Virus record (IMG/VR): IMGVR_UViG_3300006173_000003
Coordinates: 1 to 64,000 of that record
From: a virus
Taxonomy: Duplodnaviria > Caudoviricetes
Reading direction: 5' to 3' (one strand)
Length of the DNA stretch: 64,000 nt
How positions within the stretch are numbered: position 1 is the stretch's first letter; each line of letters begins with the position of its first letter. The notes below the pieces were generated by a model. The model was not told where the DNA came from and searched no databases. It saw nothing but the letters and a program-made list of their open reading frames with translations. The position numbers and the translations under genes are program-made. This document shows, piece after piece, positions 36,093 to 45,472 of this stretch.

Positions 36093-38318
36093 ATGGGTAA
36101 ACTGATTCAAATATGGGAACATGCGGTAACAATTCCTGAGCCAAAGGACAAAAGAGATATTCTTTTCTTTGACCAAAAAGACCCGTATTGGATAAGGGAA
36201 GAGGCCCTGAGTGATTATCGGGATATCTTCTGGAATTTTGTTCCCAGGCACACAAAGTTGTATCAGTCGGCAACGCTTTATGATCAGGACGGTGTTTTGA
36301 TTTCCCTTAACAAAGATGACAGTGATTATGTGGTGAGAACATATGAGCGAGAAATGTATCGACGCACATATGGGGTTCACGTAAAGATGGGTAAGGAAAT
36401 AGTCTGGTTGACCGGAGATCATTGGTTCATATTAGCACACTGCAAAACGAAAAGGCCAGATAAAAAATCTGACTATTTTGACTTTAGGAAGTTTCAGGCT
36501 AAATTCCTTATGTTGCTATGGTATGTGAACTTTCATCCGTGGGCAGAAGGAGGAGTATTCAGCAAGGCAAAAAAAACCGGGATAACAAATCTGATGTGGC
36601 TTTATTATTTAAACAAAGCCACAATGACTAAGAATGTGAACCTCGGAAATATGAATATCGACTTAGATAAGGGGGCAAAAACATTTAGGGACCATTTTCT
36701 GTACGCCTATCATGGTCTTCCTATGTCATTAAAGCCGCAAATAAAAAGTCTTACGGAGAGAGAAGGGAAAGTTGTTTTCGGTCAACAGTTTACTAATTCA
36801 AAAAAAGCCAGATTAATTCAATCCGATGCCGATAGCGAACTAGGAACATCCGTAATGTGTGTCCCTACTATGATGCAGGCGTTTGACGTTGACGTGTTTT
36901 CTGATACATGGTACGATGAATTTGTTAAACCAAAGCAGGACTTCGGAGAGATATATAGGTCTAATGAGGCTGCAACAAACTTGCAAGACACGTCCATCGG
37001 GAAAAGATGGCTAACATCGTATACGCCAGAAGAATCAGGCCCCTCTTTTTATTCTGGGAAGCAGATATTTTATGATTCAGAGCTTTCGACGATGAATAAG
37101 CCGGGGAATAAGGGGAAAACAACCAGCCGGATGATTTGCGCCCACATTCCCGCATACGAATCTTGGTCGTCTTCTTTCGATAAGTATGGAGAGTGTAACG
37201 AAAAAGACGCAATGGAGAAAATAAAAGACGGTAGGGATAGGTTACGTGGACGCCCAAGAGAATTACAAGCGGAAGTTCGTCGTTATGCCAATACTAAAAA
37301 AGAAGCATGGTCGGTAGGTGGTATTGGTAGTGTGTTTGACAACATGAGACTGGGCTCACTGCTATCCGAAATAGAATCAGAAGAAAGGGATATCACAGGT
37401 AATATGTATGTGGAGGGTGATTTGAAATGGGAAAATGAAATATGGAACATACAAGCGTCCCGACGTCGGAAGGGGGAATTTTGCCGACTTAGATTTGTTC
37501 CTTTATCGGAAGATGAAAAAGAAAAAGGTGAATCCGGAAAGTTCAGGATGTACTACGATATACCAAGAGACCATCAAAATCTAGCGTTGAAATTTGGTAA
37601 AGATGAGTGGGGGTGCTTAATCCCACCCAGTAAATTTCCTTACGTTTTAGGTGGAGATCCGACATCATATGCTAGTGCTTCTGAGACAATAGAGGGGTCT
37701 AAAAATGGAGGATACGTGTTTAGTATGCCAGATGAATTGACCGATGCTCGGATGCGTAGAGTTGCCTCAAAAATAATGATTATTGAATATTTCGACCGGC
37801 CAGAGTCGCCGGACGAGGCTTTTAACGATTATCTTAAATTGATATTGTATACTGGGGCTTTGGCAAATATTGAAGCCAACCAGTCCTACGTATGTACCCG
37901 GTTGATGGAAGAGGGGCTGGGTCGGTTCATGCTGGTGAAGGATGAAAATGGGATTGTCACTCTTTGGAAGCGATGGATGGGGCTGGCGCATGAATCTGAA
38001 AAGTCCTATAAGTTCATACGTACAACGGCCAACGCTGACAGCAAAGACATGCTCGAAACAATTGTCCGGCTGATAAAAGCGTACTTTGAGAAGCCAGCAG
38101 AAGGTGGAAAGGACTATGGGGCTACCTTTAAATCGGCAAGAGCAATTAACCAGTTGATGAACGTGGACATAACAAATACAAAGGTGTTTGACTTGTTCAT
38201 GGCACTGGGGTATGCCCTTTTTGGGGTGGAATATTATCAGGATATCCTCTTATCTGAGCAATCCGAAGAGCAAGACCCGGAAAACATATCCAGCGTACTT
38301 TCAGCCTTTGAATTGTAA
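36093..38318 (+). CDS. terL: Terminase large subunit
   Basis: Variant Walker A SKAKKTG, Walker B WYDE, nuclease motifs GGDPT, NIEAN, DLFMA. Confidence 0.85.
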   Translation: MGKLIQIWEHAVTIPEPKDKRDILFFDQKDPYWIREEALSDYRDIFWNFVPRHTKLYQSATLYDQDGVLISLNKDDSDYVVRTYEREMYRRTYGVHVKMGKEIVWLTGDHWFILAHCKTKRPDKKSDYFDFRKFQAKFLMLLWYVNFHPWAEGGVFSKAKKTGITNLMWLYYLNKATMTKNVNLGNMNIDLDKGAKTFRDHFLYAYHGLPMSLKPQIKSLTEREGKVVFGQQFTNSKKARLIQSDADSELGTSVMCVPTMMQAFDVDVFSDTWYDEFVKPKQDFGEIYRSNEAATNLQDTSIGKRWLTSYTPEESGPSFYSGKQIFYDSELSTMNKPGNKGKTTSRMICAHIPAYESWSSSFDKYGECNEKDAMEKIKDGRDRLRGRPRELQAEVRRYANTKKEAWSVGGIGSVFDNMRLGSLLSEIESEERDITGNMYVEGDLKWENEIWNIQASRRRKGEFCRLRFVPLSEDEKEKGESGKFRMYYDIPRDHQNLALKFGKDEWGCLIPPSKFPYVLGGDPTSYASASETIEGSKNGGYVFSMPDELTDARMRRVASKIMIIEYFDRPESPDEAFNDYLKLILYTGALANIEANQSYVCTRLMEEGLGRFMLVKDENGIVTLWKRWMGLAHESEKSYKFIRTTANADSKDMLETIVRLIKAYFEKPAEGGKDYGATFKSARAINQLMNVDITNTKVFDLFMALGYALFGVEYYQDILLSEQSEEQDPENISSVLSAFEL

Positions 38319-38335
38319 TAAATTTGGTAGATTTG
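38307..38335 (+). promoter_or_regulatory. Host-type promoter upstream of the tail stabilisation gene
   Basis: TTTG (38307)-N17-TAGATTTG (38328), plus TAAATTTG at 38319. Confidence 0.6.
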
Positions 38336-38353
38336 GAATAAATACGTAAATAA

Positions 38354-41300
38354 ATGGGATTTGGGCAGAAATACATTGGCCGGAGAATCGATCTTGATAG
38401 CCATGAATCGCTGTGTGGCCCAGACGTTTGCCGCTATATAAAAAATCTTATATATTCCATCGAAGATACCAGTACGGAAGCCGTAGGCCAAGGATCACAA
38501 ACAGGGGTATATAAGCCGCTGCGAAGTAATTTTGTGTACGTAGATGACTTCACCCTTCCGGACGGAGACAATCACCCCATAGGACGGTATAGCGTCAAAG
38601 AACTAAAGCAGGTATTTTTCTTCAACTACAATAGCAAAGGAAACCACGGAGTCTACAGGATAAATGGATCAGATCGGTCCATAGATACAGTATATGTAGG
38701 CCCAGCATTAAATTTTGTACTGAACCCGGAGAATTTTATCCACTTTGGTGCTTGCTGGTTGGAAATAGTAAGTGTCGCAGACCCCGTAACGGGAGAGAAG
38801 GTAAACCGTACTTTTTTGTTTTTCACGAGAGGGATAGGAGATCAGTGTTTTATATCTGTGGAGGATGCCATTGCGACAAAAGGATTTAATGCCACATTGT
38901 TTCCATATTTCCAAGGTGATTATGATCCCAAGATACTTATCAGTATGGCATCTCCAACGCCCGATGATTGCATAGAAATATCTGAAGTTCCCTTGGATCA
39001 AACATCCGTTCAATTAAGCAACAACCTCCTTTATAATACATGGCAATTCAGGATTAGAACACTGGACGTATGGGGTAGGCCCTCTGAATATGGCATTATC
39101 TCAGATATGTACATTCCAGGGGGAGGCGGATGTATTCAAGCGTCAACAAATCTGCCCCGTTGTCTTGATCTGTCTTTTGATGCTCCGCCTCCGCATATAA
39201 ACCAAATAGAGGTTGCCTATCGAAACTGTAACAATACTCAATGGTATTTGGCCGACACATTGGACTTGTATAACGGGTCTCAATTAGGAGAATGGTGGAC
39301 GCGCCAACGAAATCCAAAGATAAATTACGATAGTAATACCGGGAAAATAACCTATCGATTCTGTGCTGAACAAGGATGTGACCCGATAGGGCAAGACTTG
39401 ACAAACAGAATAGAAAACCCCATTCCAAGAGTCTCTGAAGCTGTAACTAAGATCGGATCTGCTATCGCCCTATCGAATAACAAAGATGGATTCCTGCCAT
39501 TTTCTCAGGATTTAAAGGATAAGTTCAAGTTTACCGTAACTCCCGCCAGTCAGACCACAAATGCAGCCAGAAACATAGAAATATTCGTAGAAATATACAA
39601 TCCATATCTTGGACAGAACGAGCCTATTTATCAAGGCATACTCACCGGAAATACTAAGTTTTATGGGTTTGGAAGTTTTGGATTTGGTCCTTTTAATGGT
39701 GGTGTACAAAACACTATACCCGGAGGTCTTTTCGCCAAATACAAGCAGTATTTTGTAAATCCAAACCAACAAGGATTAATAGGATATTTGGCCGGAACGG
39801 GAGCCTATGTTGTAAGTGAACAGTATGCAATGGATGTTTCCGGTAATCTGACTAAGGTCACTGATTTTTCCACATTAAAGAGGGACCCATCCAATCCCGT
39901 CCGCTGGTTTCAGAAGTTTACCTTCTCCAACCTGAGTGCCCAAACATACATCTTTCGAATTATCTCGCCGCAATCTGACCCAACAGTAGACCCAAATTAT
40001 ACTAAGACCAGCACTTACTTGAAGGGATCATTTAGTTTCAATATCAACAATCCTTCCAATCCTGTAAATCACAATAACACCGTAGACGATGCAAAGGAAT
40101 TAGTAATAAATGTGTGCAATTCCAATTACAGCACACTGACCGATAACAGAATGCTGGTTATCTACGATCTTACCCCAAGCTGTGCAGTTCGGGCTGGGTA
40201 TGTAAAAACAACAGCGGACACTACGAAAGACCCAATAGGGATAGAATTAGCTCACATAGATAATAGCAACCCGGCAAAAATCGATAGTCATTATACAGAC
40301 CATAATGGATTTTTCTTTGTTGCGTCTGACGCATCCGGTCATGGATCAACATACCACATAAGCGGATACTACAACTGTAAGTATTCTGACTTTACCGGAG
40401 GGATTGATACCGGAAGTTCAAGCGGCTTAGTGGTAAATAACTTCTACCTCGACAATGATGTTTATCTTCCGAATTACGCTATCCAACCATGTAATTACAT
40501 TTTAATAAAGGGACGGGTTTTGATATGCGGTACGGATGTTGGAGTGCCAAATGTAGGGGTCGTATTATCAAGGGGGGGGCTGGCAACAACAGACAATGAC
40601 GGTAATTTTACGATTATTGCACACGATGACTGCAATGGGCCGAATGCTAATTTTATCAGTCAGTCAAAAAGAAACGACAACCTTTACTTCATAACAAGCG
40701 CCTGTTCCTTTACCGATTGTAACGGGGGGTGTATTGCGCCGATATCTGTAAGTATATCCAAATGCGTAGTCTGTTCCGATAGGACTGTGACCGTATCGGA
40801 TACATCGGTCATGTTTGTATCCCTGAGAGGTCTTTTGAGCGGCGGTACATACCCGGTTGGAATAACTGGGTGGGACTGGGCAGACAGGCCAACGTTTGTT
40901 CAGGATTTGGGGAACATAACCATCCCTTCCATTTATGAGACCAAATCGTTTGCCCCATCTGTTTTGTCCCTACAGATAGATCCGTCTGCTGTATTTCCTG
41001 ATGAGATCGATCACATATCGTTCTTCATAGGTGACGAATCAAGCATAGCAGACTATGTGACATGGATAGTAGATAGCGTGGTATTCGTAGATAATACCGG
41101 ACTGGAAAACGACACGGCCCCAACCCAGATAAAAATATTTTACGCCAGCCTTATAGAGTATAACAAGCAGAACAATTACAACACGACGGTAAACTGGGCA
41201 TTCCTGGCAACCGCTGCCGGAACTACAACTCAAACTCCGGTGACAACGGATAGGGTTCAGTTCTTGGTTAATGGGGATGGAACTTTCTTTGATAAGAATA

Positions 41301-42901
41301 TCGTGTCTCTGGTAAAATACGATCAGGCGGGGCAGTATTTCTTAATAAACTACACCCCAGACTTAGCGAATCTGAAAGCGAATGCTCGTATAAGATTATT
41401 TAGGCCCAAGCAGTGTACGACAACGGCTCCTTATTTCGAACTTTGCTCTACCATAAAGATCGTAAATGGTCATGCACAGACTAACAGTGTTGTTCTGAAT
41501 GCATACGATACCTATTACATCAACAGGGGATTAATACCGGTACCTGTGGCTCAAGATACTAACCCCGTAACATTTGTGAACCAACCAAGGCTTCAAGGAC
41601 TTCCATTCGAACATAACAGCCCTTCGGACTTTTGGGGTCAAGGATGCCATAACATAGGCCGAGCAAACTCAAAGAATCCACAGGAAACGATCATATACAA
41701 CAAAGATCAGATAGCATTGAGCGGTGCGTTGTCTCCAACCGGTCTGCTGAATTTTCTGTGTTACTTTGATGATGCTCAAAAGTTTTCCTTTACGGACAAT
41801 CCTTTAAACGGGATAACTGCGGTATTGCCCTATGGTGTTATATTGTTAGTAATAGGGCAGGCAGATCACTTTGTAATAGGATTCAACGATAACATTATGA
41901 GGGTAGATGCCAATGGTCAGATTATTGTACCTAGTGCGCAGGACAAATTCGGACAGCCACAGGGAAAATTGACACCTAAGTGGGGATGTCTTGTATTCGA
42001 TAAAAATACCATATATGAAAAGAACGGGTTGGTTCATTGGCTGGATACCGCCAAAGGATATTTGATCCAGCACAACTACGTAAACGCGGAACAGGTTACT
42101 CAATTTGATCCGAAAAGAGGGATACCAGGAGGCGTGGATAGCTGGATAAGACCAAAGATAAAAGAAGTTCAAAACTTCAACTTAAAAAACGGAAATATCA
42201 GATACTTTCACGGGATAGTCAACATGCAGGGGACTGAATATCTACTCACCGATTTTACCATTGGCAGTACGCAGACGGTAAACGATTCAAGAGGGGTAGA
42301 TGTGTCGCTGAATGAAACAATGACTATGGGGATTTTTTCCAGATTTTGGAAAGGGTCGTACGGGTTCACTCCTGCATTGTACGCAGAGTTGGAGGGAGAG
42401 ATAGATTCCCAACAATTATTCTCTTTTGTAAAAGGAATTCCAAATGGTCACTATGATGAAATAGAGCAGCAATCATATGGTCAAATGTACGGCAAGTCTC
42501 TGGTTAGAGTAATTGAACCAGTAATGGCTATCGATAATATGAGAAATAAGAAGCCATTGTCAATAGGGGTCATGTGTAAAGAGAGCCAATATTTCGCAGA
42601 CCGCGTTATAAGCTCTACCGGACAGCAGACAAGGATGTTGTTGGCCGCGTGGATTCAAGCGTCATTTGGCTGGTTCGCTCCTTTCTATTGCGATCTGAAT
42701 ACCCCATTTGATCCCAACAGATCAAATCAGACAAAAGAAAATGTACTTTTGGATGGAAATATGCTAATCGGTACGTGGGTGAAGGTGAGATTAATAGGCA
42801 ACCCGATGAATGATACGTCCTATAGCGAACTACAGGGAAATACGATATCTGTCATGGCTGATGTAACTAATCTTGAAACTCAAACTAAACAGAATGGGTG
42901 A
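38354..42901 (+). CDS. Tail stabilisation / muzzle (nozzle) protein with large insertions
   Basis: 1515 aa, beta-rich, size and position as in crAss-like phages; C-terminal WFAPFYCD block. Confidence 0.65.
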   Translation: MGFGQKYIGRRIDLDSHESLCGPDVCRYIKNLIYSIEDTSTEAVGQGSQTGVYKPLRSNFVYVDDFTLPDGDNHPIGRYSVKELKQVFFFNYNSKGNHGVYRINGSDRSIDTVYVGPALNFVLNPENFIHFGACWLEIVSVADPVTGEKVNRTFLFFTRGIGDQCFISVEDAIATKGFNATLFPYFQGDYDPKILISMASPTPDDCIEISEVPLDQTSVQLSNNLLYNTWQFRIRTLDVWGRPSEYGIISDMYIPGGGGCIQASTNLPRCLDLSFDAPPPHINQIEVAYRNCNNTQWYLADTLDLYNGSQLGEWWTRQRNPKINYDSNTGKITYRFCAEQGCDPIGQDLTNRIENPIPRVSEAVTKIGSAIALSNNKDGFLPFSQDLKDKFKFTVTPASQTTNAARNIEIFVEIYNPYLGQNEPIYQGILTGNTKFYGFGSFGFGPFNGGVQNTIPGGLFAKYKQYFVNPNQQGLIGYLAGTGAYVVSEQYAMDVSGNLTKVTDFSTLKRDPSNPVRWFQKFTFSNLSAQTYIFRIISPQSDPTVDPNYTKTSTYLKGSFSFNINNPSNPVNHNNTVDDAKELVINVCNSNYSTLTDNRMLVIYDLTPSCAVRAGYVKTTADTTKDPIGIELAHIDNSNPAKIDSHYTDHNGFFFVASDASGHGSTYHISGYYNCKYSDFTGGIDTGSSSGLVVNNFYLDNDVYLPNYAIQPCNYILIKGRVLICGTDVGVPNVGVVLSRGGLATTDNDGNFTIIAHDDCNGPNANFISQSKRNDNLYFITSACSFTDCNGGCIAPISVSISKCVVCSDRTVTVSDTSVMFVSLRGLLSGGTYPVGITGWDWADRPTFVQDLGNITIPSIYETKSFAPSVLSLQIDPSAVFPDEIDHISFFIGDESSIADYVTWIVDSVVFVDNTGLENDTAPTQIKIFYASLIEYNKQNNYNTTVNWAFLATAAGTTTQTPVTTDRVQFLVNGDGTFFDKNIVSLVKYDQAGQYFLINYTPDLANLKANARIRLFRPKQCTTTAPYFELCSTIKIVNGHAQTNSVVLNAYDTYYINRGLIPVPVAQDTNPVTFVNQPRLQGLPFEHNSPSDFWGQGCHNIGRANSKNPQETIIYNKDQIALSGALSPTGLLNFLCYFDDAQKFSFTDNPLNGITAVLPYGVILLVIGQADHFVIGFNDNIMRVDANGQIIVPSAQDKFGQPQGKLTPKWGCLVFDKNTIYEKNGLVHWLDTAKGYLIQHNYVNAEQVTQFDPKRGIPGGVDSWIRPKIKEVQNFNLKNGNIRYFHGIVNMQGTEYLLTDFTIGSTQTVNDSRGVDVSLNETMTMGIFSRFWKGSYGFTPALYAELEGEIDSQQLFSFVKGIPNGHYDEIEQQSYGQMYGKSLVRVIEPVMAIDNMRNKKPLSIGVMCKESQYFADRVISSTGQQTRMLLAAWIQASFGWFAPFYCDLNTPFDPNRSNQTKENVLLDGNMLIGTWVKVRLIGNPMNDTSYSELQGNTISVMADVTNLETQTKQNG

Positions 42902-43472
42902 TTATACGGCTAATTTTACCGCTCTCTTAACAGGGCATCTTGGCATAAACCCAAATAGTGGTGGAGGGGAAGGAGGAAAGTCTGGGAGTGTTCCTTCTGT
43001 TCCTGAAAATTTCAAGCCATTAACGGCTCCTGAAAGAACTGAATGGAATAATTTTCTTAACTTTCTTGAAAAGAAGGGAGTAGGCGGCAGTAAAGAACTA
43101 GATAAAAAAGACCAATCGCTAGGGTTAAAATACATTGACGAATACAGGAAGTCTAACCCGGATACATTCATAAATAAGGATGCCATTTCCAGAATACAGT
43201 ATGATCAATATTTGCTTAGGAAAGGAGATAGCTACCCAACCCTTAGCAAAGATGAATTACAGCAATTGAGGTCTGGATTGAATCCGTCTTTCTTAGCTAG
43301 AGACGTATCTGATACTGACGGATGGCTTGGAAGTATTACATCAAGGCTATATTATCCGCAGGCAAGAAGGGGAGATAATATTGGCAATCACTATAATTTT
43401 GGAACTGATTTCGAGTCATACGTAAAGGGAAGAACAGACCCATCTTTAAACGAAAAATACAGAGAAAAATAA
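42894..43472 (+). CDS. Hypothetical protein
   Basis: 192 aa from ATG 42894. Confidence 0.6.
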   Translation: MGDYTANFTALLTGHLGINPNSGGGEGGKSGSVPSVPENFKPLTAPERTEWNNFLNFLEKKGVGGSKELDKKDQSLGLKYIDEYRKSNPDTFINKDAISRIQYDQYLLRKGDSYPTLSKDELQQLRSGLNPSFLARDVSDTDGWLGSITSRLYYPQARRGDNIGNHYNFGTDFESYVKGRTDPSLNEKYREK

Positions 43473-44575
43473 TGTTACCGTTAACCATAAAGAAGCTGAA
43501 ATTCCCAGGTAATGGAAATATACTTGCTCCGATAGTCGTTGACCTATATATAAAAGGGTACTACCAGCCAGATAGCTCATATTCTTTAATCGAAGCAAAT
43601 GTAAATGTTGGTGTAGACGGAACTATTTTGTCTTCTCCGCTTCCTTCGGTACTAATTGACCCATCACAATATCACGTCTTAAAAGCCGTCAACGATTTGT
43701 GTAGTTTTGAATATGCGCAAGAAGTTAGGCTAAATCCGTATTGTCAAACTGGTTATATTTTATCAGCAGATAGCTCATATTGTTACACGATGAGCGAAGT
43801 GCCTGCTACGCCCCCTACAAATTCTCAAAACGCCGTTAGCGTAAGTGGCCCCAACAATTACTATTACGGGATATTTGGCACGTTAATATTTAATCCCGGA
43901 TATAACATCAATGGCACGGGCTCTTTTACTCAAATACCATACACCAATGCTTTTTGGGTAAACGGAGCAGGATACCCGGCACATCCAAGCGCAAGTAATA
44001 ACGCAGGGCCACTTAATAGATCGGGGGTATGGAGTACTACGGTAGCTAGTCCACAAACAATTGGGTTTTCTGTTTGCGTAACGCTTGCGTCAGATGGAGT
44101 TTATTACGTCGGTTTTGGATGCGACGATTTTGGGCAGATAAATATAGACGGAGTGACGGTAGTGTCTCAGGACAGAACAGCCCTGAAAGCATACATACAA
44201 GCCAACGGATATCCATATCCAGTCGGTCTTGATCCTAATCAGGTTACATTCAACTTTTGGTACATATATCCCGTTTCGCTGACTTCTGGAACACACGTAA
44301 TTGAAATAATCGGCAACAACACATCAGGAACAGTTGCGGGGGCCGCAGACATCGGTTGTGAGGTTTACAACATGACGCCTTCGGCTATTGCCAGTGTCAC
44401 TTCTTATGCCGCAATGGGGGCGGGTCTGGTATTCTCTTCTAAGGATTTTGTGGGGATGCCTATACAGGTGGGATCTGGCGGCATAGGTTTTTCCTGTCCG
44501 TCGGGGTATTCGTTAAAGTTGTGCGATAGCCCTCCGTCCTGTGTAAGATTAGTAACGACTCCCGTTCTGTATTAG
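43472..44575 (+). CDS. Virion protein with a PA14-like sugar-binding domain
   Basis: GCDDFGQINIDG..VV...VSLTSGTHVIEI. Confidence 0.55.
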   Translation: MLPLTIKKLKFPGNGNILAPIVVDLYIKGYYQPDSSYSLIEANVNVGVDGTILSSPLPSVLIDPSQYHVLKAVNDLCSFEYAQEVRLNPYCQTGYILSADSSYCYTMSEVPATPPTNSQNAVSVSGPNNYYYGIFGTLIFNPGYNINGTGSFTQIPYTNAFWVNGAGYPAHPSASNNAGPLNRSGVWSTTVASPQTIGFSVCVTLASDGVYYVGFGCDDFGQINIDGVTVVSQDRTALKAYIQANGYPYPVGLDPNQVTFNFWYIYPVSLTSGTHVIEIIGNNTSGTVAGAADIGCEVYNMTPSAIASVTSYAAMGAGLVFSSKDFVGMPIQVGSGGIGFSCPSGYSLKLCDSPPSCVRLVTTPVLY

Positions 44576-45417
44576 AGAACCGCATTCATGTATTTGGTCT
44601 CAGAGATGATATATTCTTTTCCCATAAATTCTACCTGCATGTAACAAGCGATGTTAAGGGTATATATTGAGTCTCCGGGGCGAAGGTTTAACTCAGGATT
44701 GGCGGCGGCTACCGTATGGCATTCGGAAACGACAGTGTTGATCTGCTTGGACATTTTTTCATTCTCCTGTTCCAAGGTTTTGATCTCAGGAGCCACACGT
44801 TGGAACATATCCGGGAATTGGAGCCATCTGGAGAGTTTTTTTATCTTCTCTGTATTTTCGGCCATTTTAGCTGTTAATTCTTCCCGCGTCTTTGTCCGTT
44901 CCTTGGCAATCACAATTCCGTGTCCAGCCTGCTTGAATGCGATATTTGTTACGAAGTTAGGCAATCCGGCTACCGGAAGATTGAAATCTTCCATATCGCT
45001 TTCCATTGCCTTTTCGACTTCCAAAAATATATAGTCCTTGTTGGGAATTATTTTTTCTCCATCCCAAATGCCGAAAGTCAAGTTGCGGTCCCCATTGTGT
45101 TCGAAGGCGGTTACTATGTAATAATTCCAGTCTTCATCTTGATCGATGAAAAAGAATTTCTTTTTGTTTGTAGTCTCCTTATGTTCGGTAAAATGGTGAG
45201 TGATCAGGATATCTCCCTTTTTAGCCTCCGGGAAATATTCGTGTGCTTTCTTGCCGATTGCTACTATTTCCCCGCACTGCATTCCTCTTTTCATAAAAGT
45301 AAATTCCAGAGGGTAGTAAAGAATCCCTATTTTTTCAAGTCTTTCCCTCTGGGCTTGCTTGGGGATGCGGATCATAAAAAAGGGGGGCATTACCTGCTTA
45401 ATCTGAGGGGTTGGCAT
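44572..45417 (-). CDS. GroES-like co-chaperonin domain protein
   Basis: GEIVAIGKK...KKGDILI and a second VAAANPELNLRPGDSI module; ATG 45417. Confidence 0.55.
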   Translation of the reverse strand: MPTPQIKQVMPPFFMIRIPKQAQRERLEKIGILYYPLEFTFMKRGMQCGEIVAIGKKAHEYFPEAKKGDILITHHFTEHKETTNKKKFFFIDQDEDWNYYIVTAFEHNGDRNLTFGIWDGEKIIPNKDYIFLEVEKAMESDMEDFNLPVAGLPNFVTNIAFKQAGHGIVIAKERTKTREELTAKMAENTEKIKKLSRWLQFPDMFQRVAPEIKTLEQENEKMSKQINTVVSECHTVAAANPELNLRPGDSIYTLNIACYMQVEFMGKEYIISETKYMNAVL

Positions 45418-45425
45418 ACGAAGTG

Positions 45426-45455
45426 TTTGATTTTTAACGAAATTAACTAAATTTG
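45426..45455 (+). promoter_or_regulatory. Promoter of the portal gene (divergent region)
   Basis: TTTG (45426)-N18-TAAATTTG (45448). Confidence 0.65.
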
Positions 45456-45472
45456 GATAAATTCCCACTATT

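Noticed and set aside
35913-36422. Long antisense ORFs over structural genes (also 57601-58203, 60853-61251, 59965-60354 and others)
   Set aside because: They lie opposite well-supported genes, lack motifs and are expected from codon bias
36093-38318. Intein or intron in the terminase
   Set aside because: ATPase and nuclease motifs are colinear with no splice motifs or frame break
40572-40579. G8 run as a phase-variation site
   Set aside because: Short, encodes RGG in a probably essential gene, no supporting context
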